Of a DNA stretch of 64,000 bases, positions 17,424 through 26,501 are shown one piece after another (within the stretch, counting starts at the first letter, position 1; each line of letters starts with the position of its first letter). The stretch covers positions 15,596 to 79,595 of the forward strand of contig CAMRSX010000003.1 in assembly GCA_947053595.1 (NCBI GenBank), read 5' to 3'. The DNA comes from an uncultured Clostridia bacterium. Its GTDB lineage: Bacteria; Bacillota; Clostridia; Christensenellales; UBA1242. The notes under the pieces were generated by a model. The model did not search any database. It saw only the letters and a program-made list of their open reading frames with translations, and had not been told where the DNA came from. A program made the translations under genes and the position numbers.

Positions 17424-18497
17424 TTATTTGTCTTCAAAAAACTTTTTGTTGCCAAGCGCGGCAGAGCTGTTTGGATTGAAATTTAGCGCCAGATTGTTGA
17501 AATGCTTGGACAAATCCAAATTTCCCAGCCTAAAATGCGCCACGCACAGCTGCAAGGCGGGGTGAACGCCAAAATAGTTTTCATTCACAAAACCGCCGTC
17601 CTGAAGGTTTTTGGTGCAATTAAGCGCGCTTTCATACCAAAAAAGGCATTGTTTTGTCTTGTTTTGGCTTAGCAAAATGTCGCCAACAAGGCACAGAAAG
17701 TTTGCGCGCGGTGGGGCAAGGCTGAAACTTTGATAAAGTGTTGACAGCGCTTTTTCTGGCTGATTTAAAGTCAGCTGGCATAGCGCCTTAATTTCCAAAG
17801 CCCCCAGCCGGTCTTCCAGCCAAACTTCTTGCATCTTCAAAAGCTTGTTGATGGCGGTGATGGCAGTTTTGTATTGGCGGTTATAATAAAGCTCGCGAGA
17901 ATAATAATATTGCTCTCGCGCCGAAAAAACCTTGCCCTTCTTTTGAAGAGCTTGATAAATCCGCAAGTTTCGTTTGGAGCTGTTGTGTGTCAGTTTAAGA
18001 TGCTTGATGGCAATGTCACAATATTCAATTTTTCCGTGCGGAGTGACAACCTCATGCACTGCGCCTTGCCAAAAAAAAGTGCCATCGTTTTTCAGGATGC
18101 GCTCGCGAAAATATGTGAAGATGCTTTCGTTTTGTTCGTTGAAATCAATTTCATATTTCAACATATAAACATCCACGCTTCCGTTCATCTGCTCTTTCAA
18201 CTTTTTAAGCTTTCCCATGTTGTCGGGTGAGATGAAATCGTCGGCATCCAGCCAAAGGATGTAATCTCCTTCTGCTTTTGAAAAGGCAAAGTTGCGGGCT
18301 TTAGAAAAATCGTCCTCCCAAGCAAAATCATAAATTTTGCTGGTGAATTGGCGAGCAATCTGTTTTGTGGCGTCCACAGAGCCGGTGTCCACCACAACAA
18401 TTTCGTCCACAAAATCAGCCGCGCTGGACAGGCAGCGTTGTAAACAACTTTCTTCATCTTTGACAATCATGCAAAGTGAAACTTTTGTTTTATTCAT
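17424..18497 (-). CDS. Family 2 glycosyltransferase with a C-terminal TPR-like domain
   Basis: N-terminal CMIVKDEE, DTGSVD and the DxD motif WLDADD. C-terminal helical repeats. It lies directly upstream of the collagen-like gene on the same strand. Confidence 0.75.
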   Translation of the reverse strand: MNKTKVSLCMIVKDEESCLQRCLSSAADFVDEIVVVDTGSVDATKQIARQFTSKIYDFAWEDDFSKARNFAFSKAEGDYILWLDADDFISPDNMGKLKKLKEQMNGSVDVYMLKYEIDFNEQNESIFTYFRERILKNDGTFFWQGAVHEVVTPHGKIEYCDIAIKHLKLTHNSSKRNLRIYQALQKKGKVFSAREQYYYSRELYYNRQYKTAITAINKLLKMQEVWLEDRLGALEIKALCQLTLNQPEKALSTLYQSFSLAPPRANFLCLVGDILLSQNKTKQCLFWYESALNCTKNLQDGGFVNENYFGVHPALQLCVAHFRLGNLDLSKHFNNLALNFNPNSSAALGNKKFFEDK

Positions 18498-18626
18498 AAA
18501 GATATTTTATGAAAATGCGCGCGCGTTTTGTGAAAAAAAATGTGCTGGCGCACATTAATTAATATTAAATAATGAATATTGTTAAAAATGGTTGCTGCCG
18601 CCGTGTTTAATCGTTGGGAAAGCCAT

Positions 18627-18720
18627 ACACTTCGTTTCGTTCAACATGACATCGGTGCATTGCGTTTTTGTGTGAATGTCGCGCTGGCGTGCTTGCGCTT
18701 GGGGTGACAGCGGGTGTGGC
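18627..18720. repeat. Dispersed repeat family R1, copy D (tandem or partial copies)
   Basis: cacttcgtttcgttcaacatgacatcggtgca … ggggtgacagcgggtg. It lies between the ung stop and its terminator hairpin at about 18540-18560. Confidence 0.65.
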
Positions 18721-18722
18721 TC

Positions 18723-19382
18723 TTATTGCCAATTTATTGGCGTTTTGCCGTGAGAAGACAAAAACTCGTTTGTTTTTGAAAAGTGTTTACACCCAAAAAA
18801 TCCGCGATATGCAGAAAGTGGGCTTGGGTGAGGGCATTTCAGAACCAGATGGTGTTTTTCAATTTGGCTTTCAAAGCTTTGTGCGTTGGAGCCCCACAAG
18901 ATGAAAACCATTGGGTCTGACCTTTTTGAAAGCAGTTTAATCACCTCATTTGTGAAAGTTTCCCAGCCTTTGCCTCTGTGAGAGTTGGCTTGTCCGCGTC
19001 TGACGGTGAGAGAAGTGTTGAGAAGCAGCACTCCTTGTGTTGCCCAGCGGGTGAGATTGCCAGTTTTTTGACAGGTGACGCCCACATCGCTTTCAATTTC
19101 TTTATATATGTTCACAAGAGAAGGTGGCAGCTCGATGCCGTCCTGAACAGAAAAAGCCAAGCCGTGCGCTTGATTTGGCTCGTGATATGGGTCTTGTCCA
19201 ATGATGACAACCTTCACATCTTCATATTTCACCGCGTTTAATGCGTTAAAGATGTTTTCCATGGCAGGATATATTGTGCGCATGGAATATTCCTCCGCCA
19301 AAAAGTCTTGCAAATTTTTGAAATATGGCTTTTCAAATTCGTCCTTAAGCAGATTTGCCCAGTTTTTTGTGATTTTAATCAT
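18723..19382 (-). CDS. ung: Uracil-DNA glycosylase (family 1)
   Basis: Motifs GQDPYHEPNQAHGLAFSV and HPSPLSA. 219 aa. Confidence 0.9.
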   Translation of the reverse strand: MIKITKNWANLLKDEFEKPYFKNLQDFLAEEYSMRTIYPAMENIFNALNAVKYEDVKVVIIGQDPYHEPNQAHGLAFSVQDGIELPPSLVNIYKEIESDVGVTCQKTGNLTRWATQGVLLLNTSLTVRRGQANSHRGKGWETFTNEVIKLLSKRSDPMVFILWGSNAQSFESQIEKHHLVLKCPHPSPLSAYRGFFGCKHFSKTNEFLSSHGKTPINWQ

Positions 19383-19548
19383 AGCAATATTATATCACAC
19401 AAAATGGCAATTCGCAAATGAAACTTTTGAAAAATTAGTTAAATGTTTTTAAATATTTTTAGTCAATTTATTTGACAACATGCTTGTTTTTTTATAAAAT
19501 AACAACATCGAAATTTGGTTTTTTAACCTGAAAATTTGGGAGGAAGAA

Positions 19549-20730
19549 ATGGACATTTTTGAAAAAGTGCATGGAGAGCATCTCTATAAAAAAGCCAAAA
19601 GTGCGGGGATTTACCCATATTTTCACGCACTTTCCACGGGTCAAGACACGCAGGTTGTCATGGAGGGAAAGGACACCATCATGATTGGTTCCAACAACTA
19701 TCTTGGCTTAACTTCGCATCCACGCGTTGTTGAAGCGGGCGTGCAGGCGCTTAAAAAATATGGCTCTGGCAACAGCGGCTCAAGATTTTTGAACGGAACG
19801 CTGGACATTCACAAGCAGCTGGAAGAGAGGTTGGCAAAGTTTTTGCATAAAGAGGCTGTCATGACCTTCAGCACTGGTTTTCAAAGTAACCTTGGCATCA
19901 TCAGCGCAATTGTGGGCATGCACGATGTGGTTGTGTGCGACAGAGAAAATCACGCGTCAATTTATGATGCGTGCAGGCTTTCTTATGGGCAGATGATTAG
20001 ATTTAAGCACAGCGATATGGCGGACTTGGAAAACAAGTTGAAAAGCATCCCACAAGAAAAAGGCATTTTGATTGTGACAGATGGCGTTTTCAGCATGGGT
20101 GGCGACATTTGCAAGTTGCCAGAAATTGTGAATTTGGCAAAGCGATATGGTGCGCGAGTTATGGTGGATGATGCGCATGGCTTTGGCGTTTTGGGCGCGT
20201 GTGGCAGGGGAACTGCGGAATATTTTGACCTTGAGGATGATGTTGACATCATCATGGGCACTTTTTCAAAATCGCTGGCAAGTTTGGGCGGATTTATGGC
20301 GGCAAAGCAAGAGGTGGTGGATTGGGTTATGCACAACTCCAGACCATACATCTTCAGTGCCAGCATTCCGCCAGCACAAGTTGCTTGCGCCATTGAAAGC
20401 TTGAAAATTTTGGAAGAAGAGCCACAGAGGGTTAAAGCGCTGCTTGACATCTCGCAATATATGCGTGACGGCTTGAAGAAAAGAGGAATTAAGATTGTTG
20501 AAAGCATAACTCCAATCATTCCAATTTATGTTTATGAGGACGAGAAGTCTTTCATTGCGTGCAAGATGTTGCTTGAGCGCGGAGTGTATGTCAATCCTGT
20601 TGTTTCTCCAGCAACGCCAAAGGGAATGGCACTGCTTCGCACTTCTTACACTGCAACACACACAAAGCAGCAGATGGACAAGGCTATGGACGCCATTGTG
20701 GAAGTTTTGGACATTTTGCAAGTTGAGTGA
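19549..20730 (+). CDS. PLP-dependent alpha-oxoamine synthase (BioF/KBL/serine-palmitoyltransferase family)
   Basis: Motifs SNNYLGL, GSRFLNGT, DDAHGFG and GTFSKS (PLP lysine). 393 aa. No bio genes are adjacent. Confidence 0.8.
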   Translation: MDIFEKVHGEHLYKKAKSAGIYPYFHALSTGQDTQVVMEGKDTIMIGSNNYLGLTSHPRVVEAGVQALKKYGSGNSGSRFLNGTLDIHKQLEERLAKFLHKEAVMTFSTGFQSNLGIISAIVGMHDVVVCDRENHASIYDACRLSYGQMIRFKHSDMADLENKLKSIPQEKGILIVTDGVFSMGGDICKLPEIVNLAKRYGARVMVDDAHGFGVLGACGRGTAEYFDLEDDVDIIMGTFSKSLASLGGFMAAKQEVVDWVMHNSRPYIFSASIPPAQVACAIESLKILEEEPQRVKALLDISQYMRDGLKKRGIKIVESITPIIPIYVYEDEKSFIACKMLLERGVYVNPVVSPATPKGMALLRTSYTATHTKQQMDKAMDAIVEVLDILQVE

Positions 20731-20862
20731 AAGTTTAAAACAAGGCAAAATGCCACTTGTGCAAGCAAAAATAAGCAAAAACAATGAAGATGTGCAAACA
20801 AAAGCGCAAGCAAAAAAAAGCAAAAAGCGCCAAGCAAAAGGTGCATAAAAGCTTGAAAGGGC

Positions 20863-20895
20863 AAAAAAAGACATACAAATTTGTATGTCTTTTTA
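20863..20895. terminator. Bidirectional rho-independent terminator
   Basis: Stem agacatac/gtatgtct flanked by an A-run and a T-run. Confidence 0.7.
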
Positions 20896-20903
20896 AAATT
20901 TTT

Positions 20904-21173
20904 TTATTTGCTGTTTTTTGCAGTGTCCAACAATTTTGCAAAGTGTGCTTTTTTGCGGTTGGCAGAGTTTTGGTGGATGACATTTTCTCTTGCTGCGCTG
21001 TCAAGCTTTGCAGTGAGGGTTCTGTATGTCTGTTCAGCCTTAGCAACATCCTGAGCAAGCTCTGTTTTAAACTTTTTGATGTAAGTTCTGATTTCAGACT
21101 TAACAGAGTTGTTTGCTTTGTTTCTTTCTCTTTCAATTAACACTCTTTTCTTTGCTGATTTAATGTTTGCCAT
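20904..21173 (-). CDS. rpsT: 30S ribosomal protein S20
   Basis: MANIKSAKKRVLIERERNKANNSVKSEIRTYIKKF… 89 aa. Confidence 0.9.
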   Translation of the reverse strand: MANIKSAKKRVLIERERNKANNSVKSEIRTYIKKFKTELAQDVAKAEQTYRTLTAKLDSAARENVIHQNSANRKKAHFAKLLDTAKNSK

Positions 21174-21270
21174 GAGTTTTCTCCTTGAATTATTTTCTAA
21201 CTAGGGTATTGTAACACAAAAAAATGTAAAAATCAAGTTTTTTTCAATAATTTTTGGCAATATTTAAAAT

Positions 21271-22023
21271 ATGATTGATTTGATTGATGAAAGCGGCGAA
21301 GATTTAACCGCGTTTGGCTATGAAACTGTCAAACTTCCAAAGTTTGGCATAACTTCTTCAAAACTTTGTGTGGATTCTTCTGTCAGGGCGCGAAAACTGG
21401 GCTTTGATAAGGGCAATTATTTCATTTTGAACGCACCTCTGCTTTCCAACATGATGCAAGAGCACTATGGCATTTTGGTGGATGAAATGAGGCAAAGGCT
21501 TTCTTTTTTGCTGAAAGAAAACAAGGTGAAGAAGAGCGACAAAATTCTTTTGGTTGGCATTGGAAACCCTGCCATTGTTGCAGACAGTTTTGGCGTGAAA
21601 ACAGCTGAGAAGATTGAAATCAAGCCATATAAGAAAAACAACCGCACTTTCAAGTTGCTGCCAAATGTGTTTGCCAACACAGGGCTCAATGCTTATGACA
21701 TCATCCGTCTGGTGGTGGAGGCGTTTGATGTGGGCGCAGTGTTTTTGTTTGACAGCTTGGCAACAAGCAGTTTGACAAGGCTGGGCACATCGCTGCAGTT
21801 TAATGATGCAGGGTTGACACCGGGCAGCGCAATGAACAACTTTGGCGTGGCAATCAACAGGGCGTCATTGCACGTGCCATGCATTTGTGTTGGAGTGCCA
21901 ATGATGATTTCTTCCAAGGTTTTTGGCGAAAACTTGGAGGTGGTTTTAACAGAAAAGGATGCCAAAGAAAAGATTGAATTTTTGTCTTCTCTTGTGGCTG
22001 AGGTTGTCAGCAGTTTGCTTTAA
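21271..22023 (+). CDS. gpr: Germination protease (GPR, peptidase A25-like), short form
   Basis: GIGNPAIVADSFG, PNVFANTGLNAYDII, FDSLATSSLTRLGTSLQFNDAGLTPGSAMNN and CVGVPMM parallel conserved GPR blocks. The rpsT-gpr adjacency matches Bacillus. It is 250 aa, versus about 370 as recalled for Bacillus GPR. Confidence 0.6.
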   Translation: MIDLIDESGEDLTAFGYETVKLPKFGITSSKLCVDSSVRARKLGFDKGNYFILNAPLLSNMMQEHYGILVDEMRQRLSFLLKENKVKKSDKILLVGIGNPAIVADSFGVKTAEKIEIKPYKKNNRTFKLLPNVFANTGLNAYDIIRLVVEAFDVGAVFLFDSLATSSLTRLGTSLQFNDAGLTPGSAMNNFGVAINRASLHVPCICVGVPMMISSKVFGENLEVVLTEKDAKEKIEFLSSLVAEVVSSLL

Positions 22024-22068
22024 AAGTGTGTTGGCAAGTGTTTTTGCGCTTGTGCATATATATCAAAC

Positions 22069-22803
22069 ATGAAGAATGTGCTTTTGATTGACAGCGGCAG
22101 TGGGGGAATCAACATTTTGAAAGAATGTGTGAAGGTTTGCCCAAACTGCAATTTTTTGATGTTTTGTGACGACAAAAACTTGCCTTATGGCAGCAAAACC
22201 AAACAGCAGTTGCAAGAAATCACACTGCAAAATCTGAAGGATGTGTATGCGTTTTTTAAGTTTGACATTGTGATTTTGGCCTGCAACACCCTTTCTTGCA
22301 CTTGTTTGGAAGCTTGTCGCAAGGCGTTTGCTGACAAGATTTTCATTGGCACTGTGCCAGCAGTGAAGCCTGCCCTTGAAAAGTTTGAGGATGGGGATGT
22401 TTTGGTGCTTGCCACACAAGCAACACTGGGGCACAATGTGCTGATTAATAAGCATCCCAAACTTCAAAAAAAGTCAATGCCGCATCTTGCAAGCGACATT
22501 GATGCGCATTTGGACGAACTGGATGTGCTTGCCGAAGGGTTGAAAGCAGAGTTTGACGGATTTTTGCGGCAGCATGGCGCACCAAAGGCTGTTGTTTTGG
22601 GCTGCACGCACTATGTGGCGGTGAAAGACCTCCTTGGTGACATCTTTGGAAAAACAACAGAGTTTTTTGACAGCGCAAATGGGGTTGCGCGCAGGCTTAA
22701 AAGCTTTGTGGGGGAGGCGGAACAGGGCTTTCAGCTGCAGTTTATGACAACATCAAATCATGGGTTACTTTCCAAGTTTTGGTGGTGGTTTAATGAGGGC
22801 TGA
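22069..22803 (+). CDS. murI: Glutamate racemase
   Basis: Motifs IDSGSGG, ACNTLS and LGCTHY. 244 aa. Confidence 0.85.
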   Translation: MKNVLLIDSGSGGINILKECVKVCPNCNFLMFCDDKNLPYGSKTKQQLQEITLQNLKDVYAFFKFDIVILACNTLSCTCLEACRKAFADKIFIGTVPAVKPALEKFEDGDVLVLATQATLGHNVLINKHPKLQKKSMPHLASDIDAHLDELDVLAEGLKAEFDGFLRQHGAPKAVVLGCTHYVAVKDLLGDIFGKTTEFFDSANGVARRLKSFVGEAEQGFQLQFMTTSNHGLLSKFWWWFNEG

Positions 22804-22839
22804 GCCGTGCTGTCTTGTTTTTTTTGCAAATTTTTCTTC

Positions 22840-22869
22840 TTGACAAATGGAAAGGGATTGTGATATAAT
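22840..22869 (+). promoter_or_regulatory. Sigma-A promoter with extended -10
   Basis: TTGACA at 22840-22845, 18-nt spacer ending in TGA, TATAAT at 22864-22869. Confidence 0.6.
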
Positions 22870-22887
22870 CTTCAACAGGAGCAAGGT

Positions 22888-23496
22888 ATGAAAAAGAAAG
22901 ATGTTGAAACTGCTGAAGAAGTGGATAAAAATGTCGTGAGCATGAACGAAGAAATGTCTGCTAAAAAAGGGGTTGTCATTGCAACAAAATCAAAAGGTGC
23001 TGCAAAAAATCGCAAAGCGGTGAAGATTGCACTTGCAAGTTGTATGGGTGCAGGTGTTATCAGTCTGTTTGGCTTTGGATTTGGAGGTATTGCTGCTTGC
23101 ATTGACGCGACAAGGGAGATTGAACGCATTGCAAACAAATATAATTATGAAATGCACAACATGGAGTTTAGATATCAACAGATGAAAAGCTTAAACAAGC
23201 AGTTTGAAAATGGAGAAATTTCAGAGTCTGAATTGAAAAAGGAAATAGGCAAGATTGAGGATTTGGATAAATATAAATTTGTTGTGGGCAACGAAGATGT
23301 TTCAGAAGAAGATTTAAAGGCTTGTCAACGTGCGCATAAGCAAGATGAAATTGGAGGGCGTGTTGCAATTGTTGGTGGCAGTTGTGTTGGCGGCGGTTTG
23401 ACTGCTGCTGCATTGGTTGCCTCTGCAATTAATGATGCTGTTGAAGAGAAAAGGCAAAAAGCCCAAGACTCTCAAGCAGAGCCTACAATACAATAA
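22888..23496 (+). CDS. Hypothetical membrane protein with two TM segments flanking a coiled-coil
   Basis: 202-aa ORF with RBS AGGAG and a terminator downstream. Confidence 0.55.
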   Translation: MKKKDVETAEEVDKNVVSMNEEMSAKKGVVIATKSKGAAKNRKAVKIALASCMGAGVISLFGFGFGGIAACIDATREIERIANKYNYEMHNMEFRYQQMKSLNKQFENGEISESELKKEIGKIEDLDKYKFVVGNEDVSEEDLKACQRAHKQDEIGGRVAIVGGSCVGGGLTAAALVASAINDAVEEKRQKAQDSQAEPTIQ

Positions 23497-23498
23497 AA

Positions 23499-23530
23499 AG
23501 AAAACACCAAGTTTTTGGTGTTTTTTTTGT
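23499..23530 (+). terminator. Rho-independent terminator
   Basis: Stem aacaccaa/ttggtgtt followed by T8. Confidence 0.75.
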
Positions 23531-23541
23531 TGCAAAGTTGC

Positions 23542-23586
23542 TGCACCCAAGACCCTTCGACTACGCTCAGGGTGACAGCGGGTGCA
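23542..23586. repeat. Dispersed repeat family R1, copy A (45-nt palindrome-ended core)
   Basis: tgcacccaagacccttcgactacgctcagggtgacagcgggtgca. Its reverse complement differs at 3 of 44 positions from 60327-60370. Confidence 0.85.
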
Positions 23587-23630
23587 TACTAATGTCATCT
23601 GAGCCGACATTGAATGACTTTTTTTTGGCA

Positions 23631-25178
23631 TCAGCCCTCAAACAGGTTGGAGTTTAAAAACACTGGCTCGCAGGTGATGTTGATGCCCAGTTTCTTTAAG
23701 GTTTGCTCTTCTGCAGGGGAGAGAATGTATGTGCAATGTGCGCTGCAGCCTTGCAGTTTGCCAATTTCTTCCATTGCCTTTTTGGCTTTGGCGTTTTTGG
23801 CGGTGCAGATGGAAAGCGCCACCAAAACATCGTCCACCGACAGCACTCCGCTTTGAGATTTTAAAATGTTTGCCCGATATGCCACAATTGGCAAGAGGAT
23901 GTCGTCGGTGATGATGTCAAAATCGTCACCCAGCCCAGCAAGTGTGCGAAGTGCGTTCAGCACAACCGCGGCACTGGCTGAAACAATCTTTTTGGTTTTG
24001 CCTGTGATGATTTTTCCATTTGGAAGCTCCAGTGCCACGCAAGGAAATTTGCTTGTGCGCGAGGTGTCCTTTGCCGCTTTGATGACTTTTGCAAGTGCGT
24101 CTTTTGCGCCAGCTTCATTCACAAGTGCTTTGTTGCGCTCTAGGGTTTGATATGTGCCCTGACCACGTTTAAAATCGCACTCGGCGCGGAAATATCTTCT
24201 CAAAATTTCTTGTTTTGCAGCTTTTTGAGCAAGTGCGTCGTCTGTTATGGAAGAGCCAATCATGTTGACACCCATGTCGGTTGGAGATTTGTATATTTCT
24301 TTCCCCTGAATTTTTGTGAGGATGTTTTTGAGGATGGGATATACGGCAATGTCACGATTATAGTTGATTGCAAGTTTGCCATAGGCGTTGAAATGGAATG
24401 GGTCAATCTCGTTCACGTCGCCAAGGTCTGCCGTTGCGGCTTCGTAGGCAATGTTGACAGGATGCTTAAGCGGCAAATCCCACACAGGAAAGGTTTCAAA
24501 CTTTGCATAGCCAGCCTTGATGCCGCGCTTATATTCGTGATACATCTGGCACAGGCAGGTTGCAAGTTTTCCGCTGGAAGGGCCGGGTGCAGTTACAACC
24601 ACCAGTGGGCGAGTGGTTTCCACAAACGGATTTTTGCCATAGCCTTCTTCAGAAACAATGATGTCCACTTCGTTTGGATAGCCTTTTGTGTAACTGTGGA
24701 AAAACACGCGCTCGCCACGCTGCTCCAGCTTTTTGCCAAACTTTGTGGCACTTGGTTGCCCTTTGAAAAGGGTGATTATAAACGCAGAAACATACAGTCC
24801 AAGCGCTCGCATGTTGTCCACAAGGCGCAAAACTTCGTTGTCATAAGACAGCCCAAGGTCGGCACGAATTTTGTTTTTTTCGATGTCGTTTGCGCTTATG
24901 CAAAAGATGATTTCTGCTTTGTCCTTCATCTTTTGAAGAAGTTTGATTTTGATGTTGGGGTCAAAGCCTGGCAAAACTCTTGCGGCGTGCAAGTCGTCAA
25001 AAATCTTTCCGCCAAATTCAAGATATAGTTTGTTGTTGAACTTTTTGATGCGTTTTGAAATGTTTTCGCTTTGCTTTTTGAGATATAGCGCGTTGTCAAA
25101 GCAGGCTTGATTGTTGTGAAGTGTGCTTTCGCTGCTTTTTTCTGTTTTGTTTTTGCTTTCTTTTGCTTTTGTTTTCAT
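23631..25178 (-). CDS. DUF1846 (UPF0371) family protein
   Basis: 515 aa. N-terminal block FDNALYLKKQSENISKRI…LYLEFGGKIFDDLHAARVLPGFDPN is as in the UPF0371 family. Confidence 0.7.
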   Translation of the reverse strand: MKTKAKESKNKTEKSSESTLHNNQACFDNALYLKKQSENISKRIKKFNNKLYLEFGGKIFDDLHAARVLPGFDPNIKIKLLQKMKDKAEIIFCISANDIEKNKIRADLGLSYDNEVLRLVDNMRALGLYVSAFIITLFKGQPSATKFGKKLEQRGERVFFHSYTKGYPNEVDIIVSEEGYGKNPFVETTRPLVVVTAPGPSSGKLATCLCQMYHEYKRGIKAGYAKFETFPVWDLPLKHPVNIAYEAATADLGDVNEIDPFHFNAYGKLAINYNRDIAVYPILKNILTKIQGKEIYKSPTDMGVNMIGSSITDDALAQKAAKQEILRRYFRAECDFKRGQGTYQTLERNKALVNEAGAKDALAKVIKAAKDTSRTSKFPCVALELPNGKIITGKTKKIVSASAAVVLNALRTLAGLGDDFDIITDDILLPIVAYRANILKSQSGVLSVDDVLVALSICTAKNAKAKKAMEEIGKLQGCSAHCTYILSPAEEQTLKKLGINITCEPVFLNSNLFEG

Positions 25179-25351
25179 GTTTTCTCCTTTGCCTATATTG
25201 TAGCTCTTTTTACAAATATTTCATAACAAAATGAAAAAATTTTTTTGTGTTTCAAAAAAAAGTTGGGCATGTTTGGCGTGAGCCAAGCACAAATGAAAGT
25301 GGTATCAAATTTTGGCTGCATGATTTTGCAAGTTTGCTGCAAAATAAGGCT

Positions 25352-25903
25352 ATGGACTGGAAAACATCGCTATATTTTTTAATTCCAACGGCTTTTATGA
25401 TTTTGCTTATCTTCCCAGTTTTTGTGGAGGTGAGGGTGTCTTTTAATCCGCTGTTCAACCGCGGAGTGATTGCGCTTTTTGTGTTTAAAATCAATGTGGT
25501 TTATTATATTGTTTCTTTTCATGATTATTACATTCAACTGGAAAATCAAAAAGAAACCAAGCAGCAGAAGCTGGAGTTTTTCAGCCCGCAGTTTGCAGTT
25601 TTGGAAGAGTTTGGCAAGCAAATTAAAGACAAAATTAGGCTTAAAAAATTGTATGTGTTTTACAACATTGGCACGGGGGATGCGTTTTCAAGCGCAATGG
25701 TTTGCGGAGCTTTAAATCAGGCTCTGACGCAACTGTTTTTGCGTTTGAAAGGCAAAAAACCAACGGCTTCGTTTTGTGTTTATGACACAGTTTCATACAA
25801 CAAAATAACCTGTGAAATGGCGGGAAGAATGTCAGTTTCAATTTCTTTTTTTGATGTGGTATATTCTTTTTTAATTTCGCTCATTCTAACAAAAAGAAAA
25901 TGA
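25352..25903 (+). CDS. YtfI-like (DUF2953) sporulation-associated membrane protein
   Basis: Start moved to MDWKTSLYFLIP…. It lies directly upstream of a ytfJ homolog, as in Bacillus. Confidence 0.5.
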   Translation: MDWKTSLYFLIPTAFMILLIFPVFVEVRVSFNPLFNRGVIALFVFKINVVYYIVSFHDYYIQLENQKETKQQKLEFFSPQFAVLEEFGKQIKDKIRLKKLYVFYNIGTGDAFSSAMVCGALNQALTQLFLRLKGKKPTASFCVYDTVSYNKITCEMAGRMSVSISFFDVVYSFLISLILTKRK

Positions 25904-25997
25904 TGCCACAAGGCAAGGTGTAGTATGAAACATAATACACAACATGTTGTGGTGATATGCAAACCGAAACGCAAGCAAAGAAAAAAAGGAGAATTTT

Positions 25998-26501
25998 ATG
26001 AGAGTTTATAAAGAGTCACAATCCATCAACGATTTAATTTCGTCTGCAATGGACAAAATCAAAACCATTGCCGATTCTGGCACCATTGTGGGAGAAAGCA
26101 TTATGGCGCCTGACGGCACAACCATCATTCCAATTTCAAAGGTGACAGTTGGCTTTGTGGTGGGTGGCGGCGAATATGCCGATTTGTCTTCCAGACGCGT
26201 GGCAAACCACTTTCCAATGAGTGGCGGAAGCTCTGGCGGAATGAGTGTTTCTCCCGTTGGTTTTTTGGTTTTGAACACCGATGGAGAGGTGGACTTTGTG
26301 AATGTTGAAAACAAGAGTTTATATCAAACCATTTTAAACATGTTCAACTCTGTCATGGCAAAATTTGAAAAAGACCAAAAAGCAAAAACTCAAGAGATGG
26401 AAGAGGACGAACAGCAAGAAGAGGAAGAAGGCATGGAAAGCGTTATGGAAGATGAAGGCTTGGATGATTTGGAGGAAGAATATGAGGACAAAAATTGGTA
26501 A
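25998..26501 (+). CDS. ytfJ: Sporulation protein YtfJ/GerW family, with an acidic C-terminal tail
   Basis: IIPISKVTVGFVVGGGEY…MSGGSSGGMSVSPVGFLV. RBS AAGGAG. Confidence 0.7.
   Translation: MRVYKESQSINDLISSAMDKIKTIADSGTIVGESIMAPDGTTIIPISKVTVGFVVGGGEYADLSSRRVANHFPMSGGSSGGMSVSPVGFLVLNTDGEVDFVNVENKSLYQTILNMFNSVMAKFEKDQKAKTQEMEEDEQQEEEEGMESVMEDEGLDDLEEEYEDKNW

Noticed and set aside
20750-20848. A Lys/Ala-rich 32-aa ORF (MPLVQAKISKNNEDVQTKAQAKKSKKRQAKGA) after the alpha-oxoamine synthase gene.
   Set aside because: It lies in A-rich low-complexity sequence (aagcaaaa repeats) and has only a weak AAGG upstream. It is most likely fortuitous.
23314-23631. A 105-aa minus-strand ORF containing …CHPERSRRVLGAATLQ….
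   Set aside because: It is generated by reading through the R1 repeat and the antisense of the upstream gene's 3' end. This is a repeat-derived artefact.
26365-26481. The Lys/Trp-rich N-terminal extension of the D-Ala-D-Ala carboxypeptidase ORF in the track.
   Set aside because: It overlaps the 3' end of ytfJ in another frame. The ATG at 26482 directly precedes a normal signal peptide.
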